Origin: Squalus acanthias | Taxonomy: Eukaryota | Assembly: GCA_030390025.1 (NCBI GenBank) | Contig: CM059431.1 | Location: 104,658,001 to 104,722,000, forward strand | Direction: 5' to 3' | Length of the DNA stretch: 64,000 bases | In this document: positions 36,949-49,875 of the stretch, in pieces | How the letters are laid out: each line of letters begins with the position of its first letter | Numbering within the stretch: the stretch's first letter is position 1 | Made by a program: the position numbers and the translations under genes | The notes under the pieces: model-generated | Databases searched by the model: none | The model's input: only the letters and a program-made list of their open reading frames with translations | What the model was told of the DNA's origin: nothing

Positions 36949-37334
36949 TCTTTATAGATCACTCTCACTGAGTATCAGAATGCCGAAGAGAAAGGCTTAG
37001 GCTGAATGGCAGCTTTAAAACCAGCTGCTAAGATGACGTCATCAGAGGCGGCCAGCCGACCCGATCGCACTCATTGGACCGGCCAGCGCGCCTCATTGAA
37101 ATCAATAAGCTCATTGAATCAAAATCGGACATCAGCAGCTGATCCCGCTGGAAGTGGCTCCGGAACCCGCCCACCACGCAACCCGACTCCAACCCACCTC
37201 GGCAATAAAAATCCAGCCCCTGATATTTAGGTAGCAGACACATCCTATTGTGCAGATGATCAAAAGTCAATCTCTATTAACATCAGTCAATCATTAAATC
37301 TAACTGAGAGGTTTGCAAATCTATTCTGTCACCA

Positions 37335-38090
37335 GCTTCCTCTACTGCGCCCGTCTCTCCGTCCCCCACTTCCAGCACTTCGCCACCTCCCATGATGTCC
37401 TGAGCAGCCTCCTCAGCGCTTATCAAAGTTGCCAGGGATGGCGGCCCTCCTCCTGTCCTCCCTCTCTCCCTCTTATTATGGGCCATCTTTTCCTGCAAGG
37501 AGGAAAACAAGTGGAGTTTCAGCGAGAGTGATGGAGTGAGTGTGAAGAATCCATAACATGGAAGCTTAGAGGGAGACCAGGGTGGAGTGAGGTGCCAAGA
37601 GGAAGGAGCCTCCCTGTGCCTTGTTAGTTATTGTCATTGCATAACAGTGAGAGCGAGTGTGATGGCTGCATAGTAGGATGGTGAAGTGATTCAGTACAGA
37701 GAGAGAGAGCGATAGGTAAGGTACAAGGGAAGTAAGGGTAAGGTGGGATGTGGAGGAGCAGGCTGACAAAGCAGAGTGCTGGTGATGAGAAGAGAAGGGA
37801 AGCAGAGTGAAGGTAAGTGTGATGTGATACTCACTTTTGCTGAGCGCACCAGATCATTGAGGCGGTTTCGGCACTGGACCCAGGTGCGTGAGCATCAGGA
37901 CCTTGCGCTGACCTCCGCAGCAACTTGCAGCCAGGCTGGCTTTGTCTGCTGAGGAGGTTTCCTCCAGCCATCGGTGGGGGGAGGGGGAACAGAATCTCCC
38001 TGTGCCCTCTTACTCCCTCCACAAGAGCTTGGAGGGAGTCTTCATCAAAGCGTGGAGCAGCCTTTGCTCTTGCAGCAGTCACGGTGACCT
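37335..38090 (-). pseudogene. Second Myb/SANT-like gene, exons 1-2 only
   Basis: KAAPRFDEDSLQALVEGVRGHREILFP; EKMAHNKRERGRTGGG; conserved donor and acceptor sites. Confidence 0.8.
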
Positions 38091-38683
38091 GGGCCGATTT
38101 CCCCGAGCAGCACAAACGAAATGAGAAGCTGAGGCTACATGGGCCCCTTAAAAACGACTGAAGGAATGACGTCAGCAGGGGCGAGCATCAGACCCGCTCC
38201 CACTCATTGGGCCGGGTAGCGCGCACGGCGGGACTTAATGAGCCCACTTAATGCAAAATCGTGAATTGGGAGCGGCTGAAACCGGTAGCGGGACTGGAAC
38301 CCGCCCACCAGGCAACCCGACTCCAACCCGCCTCCTCCAATAAAATGGCGGCCTACGCTTCTGCGGAGCGCCTTGGGGCGTTTTATGACATTAAAGGCGC
38401 TGTGTCAGTGTAAGTTGCTGCTGTTTTAGGGTAAGTCCAGTAAGGCCTCACTCCTGGTGCGTGGCCTCCACTCCTGGCATCTGGACTCATTCGACAGGGG
38501 CACGCACGGGTTGGAGAGTTGGGCATGGAGGTCAGCATGCCTGATGCACGGTGCTCTTGAATTTTCAGCGATTAATTTTAATTACTGGGAAATCGGAAGT
38601 GCCACAAATTAGGAATGCTCAACTCCATGTCCAATTCCCCAATTGTCCCATCGGTGGTTCCATCAAATGAAGTTGCACATCAG

Positions 38684-39530
38684 GGGCGTGATCTTGCCAG
38701 CCCTGGGGAGGCGGGTATGGAGGCGGGACTGCCAGGAAAATGGCAGAATTTGGGGGTGGGTACCCATCCCGCCCCCGACCCGCCTCCGTGCCATCTTCCC
38801 GGGAGGCGGGTACCCGACCCGCGCCAGGTCCCGTCTCCTTGGAGGCAGGAAGGGGATTAGTGCCACTTATCTGCCTGTTAACAGGTAGTTAACAGGCAGA
38901 TAAGAGGATTATCCCTATTTTACCCACAAAAGTGCGGGCTTCCCGAAGGCTCCGAAACCTGCCAGGGTCATCGAGGCGAGCAGTGGGTCTGCGGGGGTCG
39001 GAGGGGTGCAAAAGTGTGCTGTGAAGGTAAGTGATGGGTGCAAGTGTGGAGAGGTGAGTATGTGAGGTAAGTGGAAAGTGTTAGAAAAAGTGTGCTTACC
39101 TTTGTTTCTTCCTGAAGGCTTCATTCGCTGGGTATGCGGAGAGTCTCGCACCTCCGCGGCAGAGATGACAGATGGCCATTGCATTCTCCAATGCAACAAC
39201 CATCTCATTTCTGCAAATGAAAGAGGTTTGATGAGGTCTTGAATTCAAGAACTCATCAAACTACAGAGAATGTCAGTGTTTGACAGCTTCACAGAGCTGT
39301 CAAACGATGACAATTCATCTGCCAAAAATTTTTGACAGATGAAACGTCATATGTTGACTTTTTCTGTAACCGGCTTTCTCTTAATTGGCCTGCTAAGCCT
39401 GCTGGGCGGGCTTAACAAGGTCAATCAAGGGAAAATAGCATGGGTTGGCCACAAATCGATGGAGGCGGGACATCGACCCGCCAAGCAGCTATCCCGCCTC
39501 CAACGCGCCCCCATTGGCAAAATCACCCCC
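38684..39530. mobile_element. Harbinger-type MITE, family B
   Basis: TIR GGGCGTGATCTTGCC / rc GGGGGTGATTTTGCC; TSD CAG. Confidence 0.85.
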
Positions 39531-40199
39531 CAGGTGTCCAGTCTCCCAATATTTACCCCACCATGCCAAACACAGGCAGCATATCCAGATAGCCAAGCAT
39601 TGGAATATCTCCAGGTAATAAAGAGAGAGCAAAGCAAGCCATATTATGGTTCACAAGCCATATTATAAATGGATTGACTTGACGACATGAGTTTAATTCT
39701 ACTTTAAAGAAATGTGACTGCTTCAGAAAAGTGGAGCAGGCATTGTGTGTGTGTGTTTGTGTTTATGCTTGTCTTACAAATCTATAACCACAAAGTTAAA
39801 TCTTTAGAGAATTTGCTGTACCAGTCCTCTATCATGTACATGGTTTACGTTTCATCAGCTCTAAGCTAAGTCCCGACTGTGGCATTCACTGTAGAGAAGA
39901 GCATCCAACCTTGAAGATTTCACTTGATCATAAAATCCATTGAGGACAAATATCACTAAAAAGCTAGTAGCAGTTGTTGGTCTACCCACTCACTTTCCAC
40001 ATTCACTAGTGATTGTCTAAACAGCCAAGGACAAAAAGAGAAACTCGGTGGGGGAGGGGAGATACTTTTGACTGTAACTCAAATGCAGCAAAATACAATT
40101 GCAGATACAAAAAAAAACAATTTTTGCTGTTGATTTAAACTGTAATTTTTTCCTTTAAGGAGGTACTTGAGCAGGCTTCATTCTTGGACTCCCGATGAC

Positions 40200-40412
40200 C
40201 ACGTGCCTTCAGCTGCCTAGGCCCTAAGCTTTGGAATCCCTCCCTAAACCTCTCCGCCTCTCCACCACTCTCTCCTCCTTAAAACCTGCCTCTTTGACCA
40301 AGCTTTTGGTCACCTTGCCTAATATCTCCTTATGTGGCTCGGTGTCAAACTTTGTCTGATAACACCCCTGTGAAGCGCCGCGGGACGTTTTACTACATTA
40401 AAGGCGCTGTGT
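40200..40412 (+). mobile_element. L2 3' end fragment
   Basis: GTGCCTTCAGCTGCCTAGGCCCTAAGC..TTAAAGGCGCTG. Confidence 0.8.
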
Positions 40413-40424
40413 ACATTAAAAAAA

Positions 40425-40836
40425 TTATTATTCATTCACGGGGTGTGGACATCGCCGGCAAAGCCAACATTTATTGCCCTCGAGATGGCGGTGGTGAGCC
40501 GCCTGCTTGAATATAACCGAATGGCTCGCTGGGCCATTTCAGAGGGGCAGTTAAGAGTCAACCACATTGGTGTGGGTCTGGAGTCACGTACAGGCCAGAC
40601 CGGGTAAGGACGGCAGATTTCCTTCCCTACAGGACATTCGTGAACCAGATGGGTTTTTACGACAATCCGGTAGTTTCATGGTTACCATTACTGACACTAG
40701 CTTTTTTATTCCAGATTTATTTAATTAACTGAATTTAAATTCCCCAGCTGCCGTGGTGGGATTTGAACTCACAGTCTCCAGATCATTAGTCCAGGTCGAC
40801 TGGATTACTAGTCCAGTAGCATATCCACTATGCTAC
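40425..40836 (-). mobile_element. tRNA-derived SINE with a LINE-B-type tail
   Basis: rc head GTAGCATAGTGG..GAGTTCAAATCC (A/B boxes); tail matches the LINE B 3' end; second copy at 47298-47690. Confidence 0.75.
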
Positions 40837-41718
40837 TGTACTCCAGAATGTAAGTTGCTGTTGTTGATATAGGCCAGGTGTATGCTGTGGGCAGAGCTTT
40901 GGCTTAAAGTCTGGACATTTGGCATAAGATCTAATTTTAATAAATAAATGATTTAAATGAGGGCCTCTGCTTGCCTGTAGCCCAGCCTCAACCAACCTCC
41001 TGAAATCAATCCCCTGTTGCAAAAAGAGCAGCACGCATCAAATCTGTTGGCGGATTTTTGTTTTTCATCCAGTACCACAGCATTGCACTGCTGATGGAGC
41101 CTTGCAAAATTTACCCCTGCGATTGTATTCTAAACTTTTTTGTGCCGTGCACTTGGTTGCCAGGTGTTCCTTCTGGGAACAAACTCACTGACAATGAAAA
41201 ATCTGAGTCTTTCGGCAAGATGGCTGAGAGCTCCGCTCATCCCTACGCATCTTCTCTCACTCTGCCGGGTGAGCAGTGCATGATTGAGAACACTGACACA
41301 CTACTCATAAATCAGCCGCAGCCATTACTGAGAGGGATTGACAGTGCTATAAATGTTACATTCCACTCTCTTTGCATAGCCATAAAGACAGGCTTTATCC
41401 AGTGGAAGTACAAATAGATTATTATAATTTATATTTTCACTTTTCTTGCTATGGGTGGACAACTGGTCGACCCGTATATCATGTCTCACTAAAATCGTTT
41501 TATTTCTTGCATAATTTAATGCTGGATGGTGCAAGTCATTATTTGATGGCAGAAATTATTGCAAGGAACTGATGAATAAGGTGCTGCGTCACAAGCAGGC
41601 ATTAAATAAGGAAAGATAAAGGGCATGTCACTATCACTGATTTGCTTTTAACAAAATGCCAGCTTATAAAATAATCTTACCGTCATTTTAGCAGTGATTT
41701 ACCTACGTTTTGCAGATT

Positions 41719-42332
41719 GCAACAACAACAACAACAACAACTTGTATTTATATAGCATCTGTAACGTAGTAAAATGTCCCAAGGCGCTTCACAAGAGTGT
41801 TATAAGACAAAAATTTTGACACCGAGCTACATAAGGAGAAATTAGGGCAGGTGACTAAAAGCTTGGTCAAAGAGGTAGGATTTAAGGAGCGTCTTAAAGG
41901 AGGAAAGAGAGGTGGAGAGGCGGAGAGGTTTAGGCAGGGAATTCCAGAGCTTAGGGCCTAGGCAACAGAAGGCACAGCCGCCAATGGTTGAGCGATTATA
42001 ATCAGGGATGCGCAAGAGGGCAGAATTGGAGGAGCGCAGATATCTCGGAGGGTTGTGGGACTGAAGGAGATTACAGAGACAGGGAGCGGGCGAGGCCATG
42101 GAGGGATTTAAAACAAGGATGAGAATTTTGAAATCGAAGCGTTGCTTAACCGGGAGCTAGTGTAGGTCAGCAAGCACAGGGGTGATGGGTGAACGGGACT
42201 TGGTGCGAGTTAGGACACGGGCAGCCGAGTTTTGGATGACCTCAGGTTTACGTAGGGTAGAACGTGGGAGGCCAGCCAGGAGTGCATTGGAATAGTCAAG
42301 TCTAGAGGTAACAAAGGCATGGATGAGGGTTT
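41719..42332 (-). mobile_element. L2 LINE 3' fragment
   Basis: (CAA)n tail; LIHAFVTSRLDYSNALLAGLP. Confidence 0.9.
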
Positions 42333-42489
42333 GCAGTGGTACTTCAACGTGAGTACACGCCCATAAGGTTATGAAAAATGCGACAATTACATTGTAACCG
42401 TAGCGTGAGACTCTGCGACTGTCATAAACCATCAGGCATTAACGAGCATTCGGAGGGTTCCAAATTTGAATCTGAATCATCCCCATATT

Positions 42490-42724
42490 CAAGAGAAACT
42501 TCTTCACCCAGAGAGTGGTGAGAATGTGGAACTCGCTACCACAGCGAGTGGTTGAGGTGAATAGCAGAGATGCATTTAAGGGGAAACGAGATAAGTATGT
42601 GAAGCAGAAAGGAATTGTTGATAGGGTGAGATGAAGAGGGGTGGGAGGAGACTCGTGTGGAGCATAAACACCGGCACGGACCAGTTGGGCCGAATGGCCT
42701 GTTTCTGTTCTGTACGTTCTATGC
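42490..42724 (+). mobile_element. CR1 3' end fragment
   Basis: TTCTTCACCCAGAGAGTGGTGAGAATGTGGAAC..GGGCCGAATGGCCTG..TTCTATG. Confidence 0.8.
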
Positions 42725-43689
42725 TACGTAAAATTCAGACTCTGAGCCCAGTCTGCATAAAAAATAAATCAAATAATAATGTGCAAAAGAACAGGGATAT
42801 CGGCATAGATAAGCAAGGAAACAAAACAAGAATAAATAATGCTGGAAATACATAGCAGGTCAGTGAGCGTCTGTAATTATTTTTCAGTTTTGGCAAAGGG
42901 TTATACCCAGAAGGTTAACCTGTCTTTTCTCTTTGCAGATGTGGGTTGACCTGCTGTGTATTCCCAGCATTGTCTGTTCTTGTTTCAGTTTTTTCAGCAT
43001 TTGCAGGTTTTGTTTTGTTAAATCTCATCAAAGAACAGATGCTGTCGACTTGCAACCCTCCAAATTCGCGAGAAAGGTGAACTATTTGAAGTACATAATC
43101 GGTTCGTTGCAACAGAGGCTGACAAAATTGGACACCTCGCCAGAGCATCATAAAGATCAGAGACCTCAGACAATGAATACACAGGCTACAGATATCAGAG
43201 GGATTGGATGTCTCGCACTGTCAGAGAATGCTCGCAAAACTCTTAGCACAATACCGATATATCTGAGTGATCTGTTCCTTTAGCATTCTCAATTAGTCAG
43301 TGGAACACTAGGGAAACAGCTTCAAGTGGGTGCACAACTGCAGGATAAACATAAAAAAAATAATTACAAATAATGAAAACAGAACGTGCTCAGCAGGTCA
43401 GCCAGCATCCGTGCAGTGAGAAACAGAGTTAACGTTTCAGGTCGCTGACCCTTCCATAAAAAAAATTAATTAACTGAACGCACACAGCACTGCACAAAAA
43501 CAGCTAATGGAAAAAAAATAACAACTTCTAACAACAGAAGCTAGCAGTTATACTATTGTAGTACGGGTAGCATTCAGTGCCCTTTTCTGATGGGGATTCC
43601 ATTCACTGAAGAGACCTCCCCTTTTATAATGGAACCTGCAGCTGTACGTTTGGTGCTTATTTTGGTGCAAGGGTGAAAACAGGCTCGAA

Positions 43690-45330
43690 GTGGGTGCTGT
43701 GCTAATACGACATGCCTGTTTGAAAGTCTGGCTTTAGCAGGCAATTGTGGGGCTAATTGATGATTACCATGATTTAAACTTCCCCTGAGGAGCTAAAACA
43801 AGACACCGGCAGGTTTAGCACTCAAGTGCTGATAAGAAGCAATCTTCGTGGCGCGGGATCTGTGGCCTCCACGCACCCACGTCCACTGAAGGTGCGGAGT
43901 GCGTTGGCTGACACACGACGGAATGTTACAGGATGGCTCGGGGACGGAGGGAAAGGGCGCACAGTTTCTCGGACATGGCACTGGAGGCACTGGTGGAGGA
44001 GATCCAGATGAGGAGGGATGTCCTGTATTCGCAGGAGGTAAGGAGTCCACCTCGCCCTCCTGTCCCCCTCTCCTGCAGCAGCTGCTCTACCTTGGCCTCA
44101 TGCCCTCCTCCCATTCCTCGTCCAGACCATGGGGGATCCCCAGCAAGATGCCGGTGACCAAGCACTCCCTTTCTCCTGGTGACTCCAATAAGGTAGAGCA
44201 GCACATAGAAACATAGAAGATAGGAGCAGGAGTAGGCCATTCGGCCCCTCGAGCCTGCTCCGCCATTCAATGCGATTATGGCTGATCATCCAAATTCAGT
44301 ACCCTGTCCCTGCCTTCTCCCCATATCCCTTGATCCCTTTAGCCTTAAGAAATATATCTAACTCCTTCTTGAATATATTTAATGAATTGGCCTCAACTGC
44401 CTTCTGTGGTAGAGAATTCCACAGGTTCACCACTCTCTGGGTGAAGAAATTCCTCCTCATCTCAGTCCTAAATGGCTTACCCCTTATCCTTAGACTGTGA
44501 CCCCTGGTTCTGGACTCCCCCACCATCGGGAACATCCTTCCTGTATCTAGTCTGTCTAGTCCTGTTAGAATTTTATTAGTTTCAATGAGATCCCCTCTCA
44601 TTCTTCTAAACTCTAGCGAATACAAGCCCAATCGACCCAATCTCTCTTCATACGTCATTCCTGCCATCCCAGGTATCAGTCTGGTGAATCTTCGGTGCAC
44701 TCCCTCCATGGCAAGAACATCCTTCCTCAGATAAGGTGAACAAAACGGCACACAATACTCAAGGTGTGGTCTCACCAAGGCCCTGTACAACTGCTGCAAG
44801 ACATCCTTGCTCCTGCACTCGGATCCTCTCGCTATGAAGGCCAACATACCAGCACTCACTCTCTTTAGGTGAAGTCCTCAGAGACTTTCCGGAGTAAATG
44901 TTGATAGAGTGTCGGTGAAGTCTTGACAAAGTGTCCCAGAAAGTCTCCTGATGTGTTTCAAACAACCTCTTCAAACCTCCAGCCGCAAGTGAACAGTGAA
45001 AGCTGAGAATAGCTTCATCTTGCGCTCGAAATCCTCAACAATGACTTGTTTACTCCCGTTCAGCTGGCCGCTGTTAGAAGAGGTTGTTAATTGAAGTGCT
45101 AGCCACCAAAATGCCGTGCTGCCTCTTTAATAAGCGTTAGCAGGCAATTTAATTGTAAATCAGCCCCTTAACGATCCTCGGGGTGGCCGTTCCTAATGCG
45201 TTCTTCAAATCCTTTACCAAGATGTCATCTTGCGCTAAACGTGGGCTAAACCGGGGTTGCAGCTCAAGACCCCATCTTGGCCACCTCGGAGGCTCTTTAG
45301 CCCCTAAAGTATCCAGGGCAAATCACCCCC
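43690..45330. mobile_element. Old Harbinger derivative with a Myb/SANT remnant on the + strand (left end not resolved)
   Basis: ORF 43933 MARGRRERAHSFSDMALEALVEEIQMRRDVLY; right end GGCAAATCACCCCC. Confidence 0.55.
44205..44850 (-). mobile_element. CR1 3' fragment
   Basis: ORF 44296-44859 [19 protein letters not shown] on both flanks. Confidence 0.9.
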
Positions 45331-45389
45331 GCCAAGTGAAACAAAGATTAAGTTCAAGAAATTTTGGAAAACGTGAAAAAAAAGATAAT

Positions 45390-46916
45390 GGGCCTGATTT
45401 TGCAACCCCCATGGGTGCGTACGAGGTGCGTACCCGCCCGCAGGGGCCGCGCAAGTGCCGGTTTCAGGCATGTGAAGCGCATGCGCTGAAACCGGGCACT
45501 TGCGATTTGTCAAGAATTTTCTTGACAGATCATCCGCCTGCCCGGGAGATGGGCCTCAGCGGGTGGAGAGCTGCGCTTTCTGCTCAACTTCTGCCCGCTG
45601 ATAACCTGTCAAATTCTTATGCCCGGCAAAAGCAGACGCAAGGCCTGCTTTTACCAGCTTAAGGGGGAAAAATTCAGCTGCTTGCGCCTCCCGTTAGCGC
45701 CTTAAGAGGGCGCTAATGGGGCGTAAAGCAGCTAACGCCCGGGCGCAGCGCCACCCACGCCTCCCGTAAAATTCAGCGGGAGGTTAGCGGCGGCGCCAGC
45801 CGGTAGCGCCCTGTGGCGCTGCGCCGCCGGCGATGACGTCATCGCCGTGCGCAGCACCCCGCTCGCGCTCCAGCCGCGATCTTCAGTCGCGCCCCCTGAT
45901 TTACCGCCAGACGCTATGTCCGACGGGTTCAGGGAGGCGTACGTGCGGCCGGGGCGGCGATATTTAAAGGGGAGGTGGCAGGCGGCCATTTTTGTTGCTG
46001 GCCGCCTGCCAGCACCTGCCCCCGTTGCTGTCCCTGGCCCCCGTGAAGCCCCCCCACCGTGAAGTGCCGGCTGCGCTCCAAGAGCCCGGCACTTCTCTTG
46101 AGTGCCGGGCTCTTTTGCCGGCACTCCCGATCCCTGGGGGCCCAGCTGGGCCCCGGTTCGCGCTGCGCAGGGTCCCTCCCCTTTAAGAAGGGGAGGAAGG
46201 CCTGCAATACCGCGGCGCGACGTGCCGCAGTGCCTGGTGCTGCGGCACGTAGGGCCAGGATATTCCCTCGCAGCGCCCCAAGAGGGATGCGGGGTGCTTC
46301 CAGTGGCGCCCCGCTTCCCTCTTGGGGCGCAACCACTGAAGTTCCGGCGCGGGGCCGCTAATTTTTTCGGGGCGCTAAAAGTAGCGCCCCGGCGAGGTTA
46401 GCGCTCCAAATGGGGCGCGAATCAATTTTTACCCCTAAGAGTTTAAAAAAATAGAAAAATGAAATTTGGTAACTCATTTAAAAATTAAAAATACTCTTCA
46501 AAAAGGTAAGTTTATTTTTAGCCCCGTGAAAACATTACATTTTTTTTTCAAAATATCACATTTTTGTTTAAAATATTTAATTAAATGGTATTTTAATTAA
46601 TTTTAAATATGTATTTTAAAAAAAAAATATTTAATGTGATGTATTTTTTAGGTGATCCCCATTCATACTTTTGACAGTTCTGTACATACATTGAATGGGG
46701 ATTCCCTTCTTCCATTGGTTGGGCCGGCCCACGTGATCCCAGGAGCGCCTATGAACCGCTTGCGCCCCTGGGATACGTAGGGCTCTGCCCGCGCAGACCC
46801 GGAGAGGCCCAGGATCGCCAGCCACCATTCTACCCGGGACACCAGGTAAATTCATAGACATTTTGCAGGTCGGAGGCGTCCGCCCGCGGGAAGCCTCCGA
46901 TCGCAAATGTTGACCC
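45390..46916. mobile_element. Harbinger-type MITE, family C, containing a family A MITE
   Basis: Starts GGGCCTGATTTTGC; collinear with 54682-55409 and 61410 onward; AT-rich core. Confidence 0.8.
45663..46435. mobile_element. Young CpG-rich Harbinger MITE, family A
   Basis: TIR GGGGGAAAATT / rc GGGGTAAAAATT; TSD TAA; empty site CCAGCTTAAGAG visible in the paralogue near 61720. Confidence 0.9.
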
Positions 46917-47224
46917 GTTAATTGTTTTTAAAGTCACTGTCTTGAGGAATGGGTTAAAGTTAGATGAGGATCTCTCAGAAAGTAAGAATGACAGAGATTG
47001 TAATGCAGTCTGAACATCCTTACGTTATTGTATTGTCCCCTTCATAAAATACTCCCCAGTGTGGAGTCTAGCATCCAGAACCCTCCTGACACGCAGCGGG
47101 CAACGTTGAATGGGACCATAACCAAGTCCCACATCGACATGATTGACTCTTATCGTCCCTCTGAAGTGGCCCAGCAGGTCACTCAGTTGTACAAAACATT
47201 TCAGGTGCTAAAGATGCCAATAAT

Positions 47225-48530
47225 GTGAGGACAGGTTGCATAGACTAGGCTTGTATTTCCTTGAGTGTAGAAGATTAAGGGGTGATCTAATTACTATATT
47301 CATTCTTGGGATGTGGGTGTCGCTGGCAAGGCCAGTATTTATTGCCCATCCCTAGTTGCCCTGTTTTGTACAGCTGAGTGACTTGCTGGGCTATGACCGA
47401 GGGACGATGAGAGTCAATCACGTCGGTGTGGGACTGGAGTCACATATAGACCAGACCAGGTAAGGAAGGCAGGTTTCCTTCCCTAAACGACATTAGTGAA
47501 CCAATTGGGTTTTTACGACAATCCGACAGCTTTGTGATTTCATGGTACCAGCTTTTTATTTCCAGATTTTTTAAACTGAATTCAAATAGTCAAACTGCCA
47601 TGGTGGGATGTGAACTCACGTTCTCTGGATTATTAGTCCAGCCTCTGAATTATCAGTCCAGTAACATCACCACAATACCATTGTACCCGCTATTTGAAGT
47701 ATTTAAGATGATTAAAGGAGTTGATAGGATAGATAGGGTAGATTGGCACCCCATCTACCACCTTAAACATTCACTCCCTCCACCACCGGCGTACCCTGGC
47801 TGCAGTGTGTACCATCTACAAGATGCACTGCAGCAACTCGCCAAGGCTTCTTCGGCAGCACCTCCCAAACCCGTGACCTCTTCCACCTAGAAGGACAAGG
47901 GCAGCAGGCGCATGGGAACACCACCACCTCCAAGTTCCCCTCCAAGTCACACATCATCCTGACTTGGATATATATCACCGTTCCTTCATCGTCACTGGGT
48001 CAAAATCCTGGAACTCCCTCCCTAACAGCACTGTGGGAGTACCTTCACCACACGCACTGCAGCGGTTCAAGAAGGCGGCTCACCACCATCTTCTCGAGGG
48101 CAACTAGGGATGGGCAATAAATGCTGGCCTTGCCAGCGATGCCCACATCCCATCAACTAATTTTAAAAAAATAGAGAGAAACGATTTCCTCTGGTGGGGG
48201 AGTCCAGAACCAGGGGGCATAACCTTAAAATTAGAGCCAGGCCGTTCAGGAGTGATAGCAGGACGCACCTCTTCACACAAAGGGGAGTGGAAATCTGGAA
48301 CTCTCTCCCCCCAAAAAAGCTGTTGAGGCTACAGGGGGGGAGGGCGGGGGGGGGTCAGTTGAAAATTTCCAAATTGAGATTGATAGATTTTTGTGGTGCA
48401 AAGGTATTAAGGGTTACGGAACCAAGGCGGGTAGATGGAGTTAAGATACAGAGCAGCCATGATCTCATTGAATGGCGGAACAGGCGCGAGGGGCTGAATG
48501 GCCTCCTCCTGTTGCTAAGTTGCTATGCTC
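47225..48530 (+). mobile_element. CR1 3' fragment interrupted by a SINE (47298-47690, -) and a LINE B fragment (47745-48170, +)
   Basis: AGAAGATTAAGGGGTGATCTAAT..FKMIKGVDRIDR..GESRTRGHNLKI pieces are collinear. Confidence 0.75.
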
Positions 48531-49374
48531 CTACGGTTGTTGCTCAGAGGCACAGCATTTTTCACGAGAGCAGTGCTTTTTTTTTTACACAAAACAATAG
48601 CTTAGGTAACACAGCAGGGGAACAGTTGATTTTCGCCTCTGGAACCCACATTGGAAAACAATCAGGCTGAAAGCCATAAAAGCCCGAAGCGAAATCAGCT
48701 TGAGCAGTGTTAACTCAGGTCCCAGCTGGCGTGAGGCTGCAGCACCAAACAAAATTGCTCCTAGTTTGGGACGTATTGGCAATAAATTGGGAATCCCACT
48801 CAGATCATAAGGATAGCTGCCGTGAGAGATGAAATATCGCCGTGGTGCAGTTGAAAGTCCTTTTCTACGGCTGTGGTTAAAGGACAGTGTTAAGGTAGCA
48901 TCGCCGTGCAATTCGCCCATTCTATACCTAACCGTGGAATGATTGATGACACTGCGCTCAAAAAGTAGGAAAATAATCTAATCCCCAGCACTGATGAACA
49001 AAAGCCCACGCTGATGAACAAACTATTCTGCCAAAAGTCACAGCCAGTGAAAGTCATCAAATACCCGTAATATAAAAATAGTGATGCCAGATCCCAAGTT
49101 GATGTTTCAAACTCAGTTTCAAATAAAATACAGAGATGTATTGTTCTGATGATTGCGTTCTGCATAATTGTATATTCAATATAATGATATTTTGTAAAGG
49201 TTTCCATGGAAATCTTCTCAATTTTTGATATTTTATTACATATCAAGAATTTGCAAGACATGTTGTAAGATTTCTCTGTATGCTTAATTCATTGGATGCA
49301 TTGAGCTACAGATGTTCCAAAACCAGTATCAAGTTAGAATAACCAATATTTAAGCAAAACACACCATAAACTCC

Positions 49375-49875
49375 CTTCCTATATCTCTCTATCTCCCTCT
49401 CCTCTTTAGGACACTCTATAAAACCCACAAGCGTTTGGTCACTCTAATATCTCCTGGTTTGTTTTCAAGTCCCTCCATGGCCTCGCCCTCTCCCTCTTTC
49501 TGTAACCACCTCCAGCCCCACAACCCTCCGAGATCTCTGCGCCCCTCCAATTCTGGCCTCTTGAGCATCCCCGATTTTCATCGCTCCACCATTGACGGCC
49601 GTGCCTTCTGTTGCCTGGGCCCCAAGCTCTGGAACTCCCTCCCTAAACCTCTCCTCTCTCTCCTCCTTTAAGACGCTGCTTAAAACCTACCTCTTTGACC
49701 AAGCTTTTGGTCACCTGCCCTAATTTCTCCTTGTGTGGCTCGGTGTCACAACATGAAAGGCGCTCTATAAATGCAAGTTGTGGTTGATGTCCATTTTTAT
49801 CTGATTGCACTTCTGTGAAACGCTTTGGGATGCATTTCTATCTTTAAGGTGCTAAATAAATGCAAGTTATTGTTG
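49375..49875 (+). mobile_element. Cluster of nested L2 3' ends
   Basis: GRAFCCLGPKLWNSLP; two AAATGCAAGTT tails. Confidence 0.7.

Larger units (their letters stand above)
32996..38353. mobile_element. Composite PIF/Harbinger transposon, copy 2 (with an extra internal right end at about 37220)
   Basis: TIR GGCCGCAAATTT / rc GGCCGCCATTTT; TSD TAC on both sides; one transposase and two Myb 5' halves. Confidence 0.85.

Noticed and set aside
42333..42470. snRNA fragment fused to the L2 5' end
   Set aside because: No match to the spliceosomal snRNA sequences I can recall
42933..43283. 116-aa ORF as a host gene
   Set aside because: It begins within a Penelope-like repeat and shows no recognisable domain or convincing splice pair
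45663..46435. CpG-island promoter of a host gene
   Set aside because: The CpG-rich stretch is bounded exactly by TIRs and a TAA duplication, so it is a young MITE
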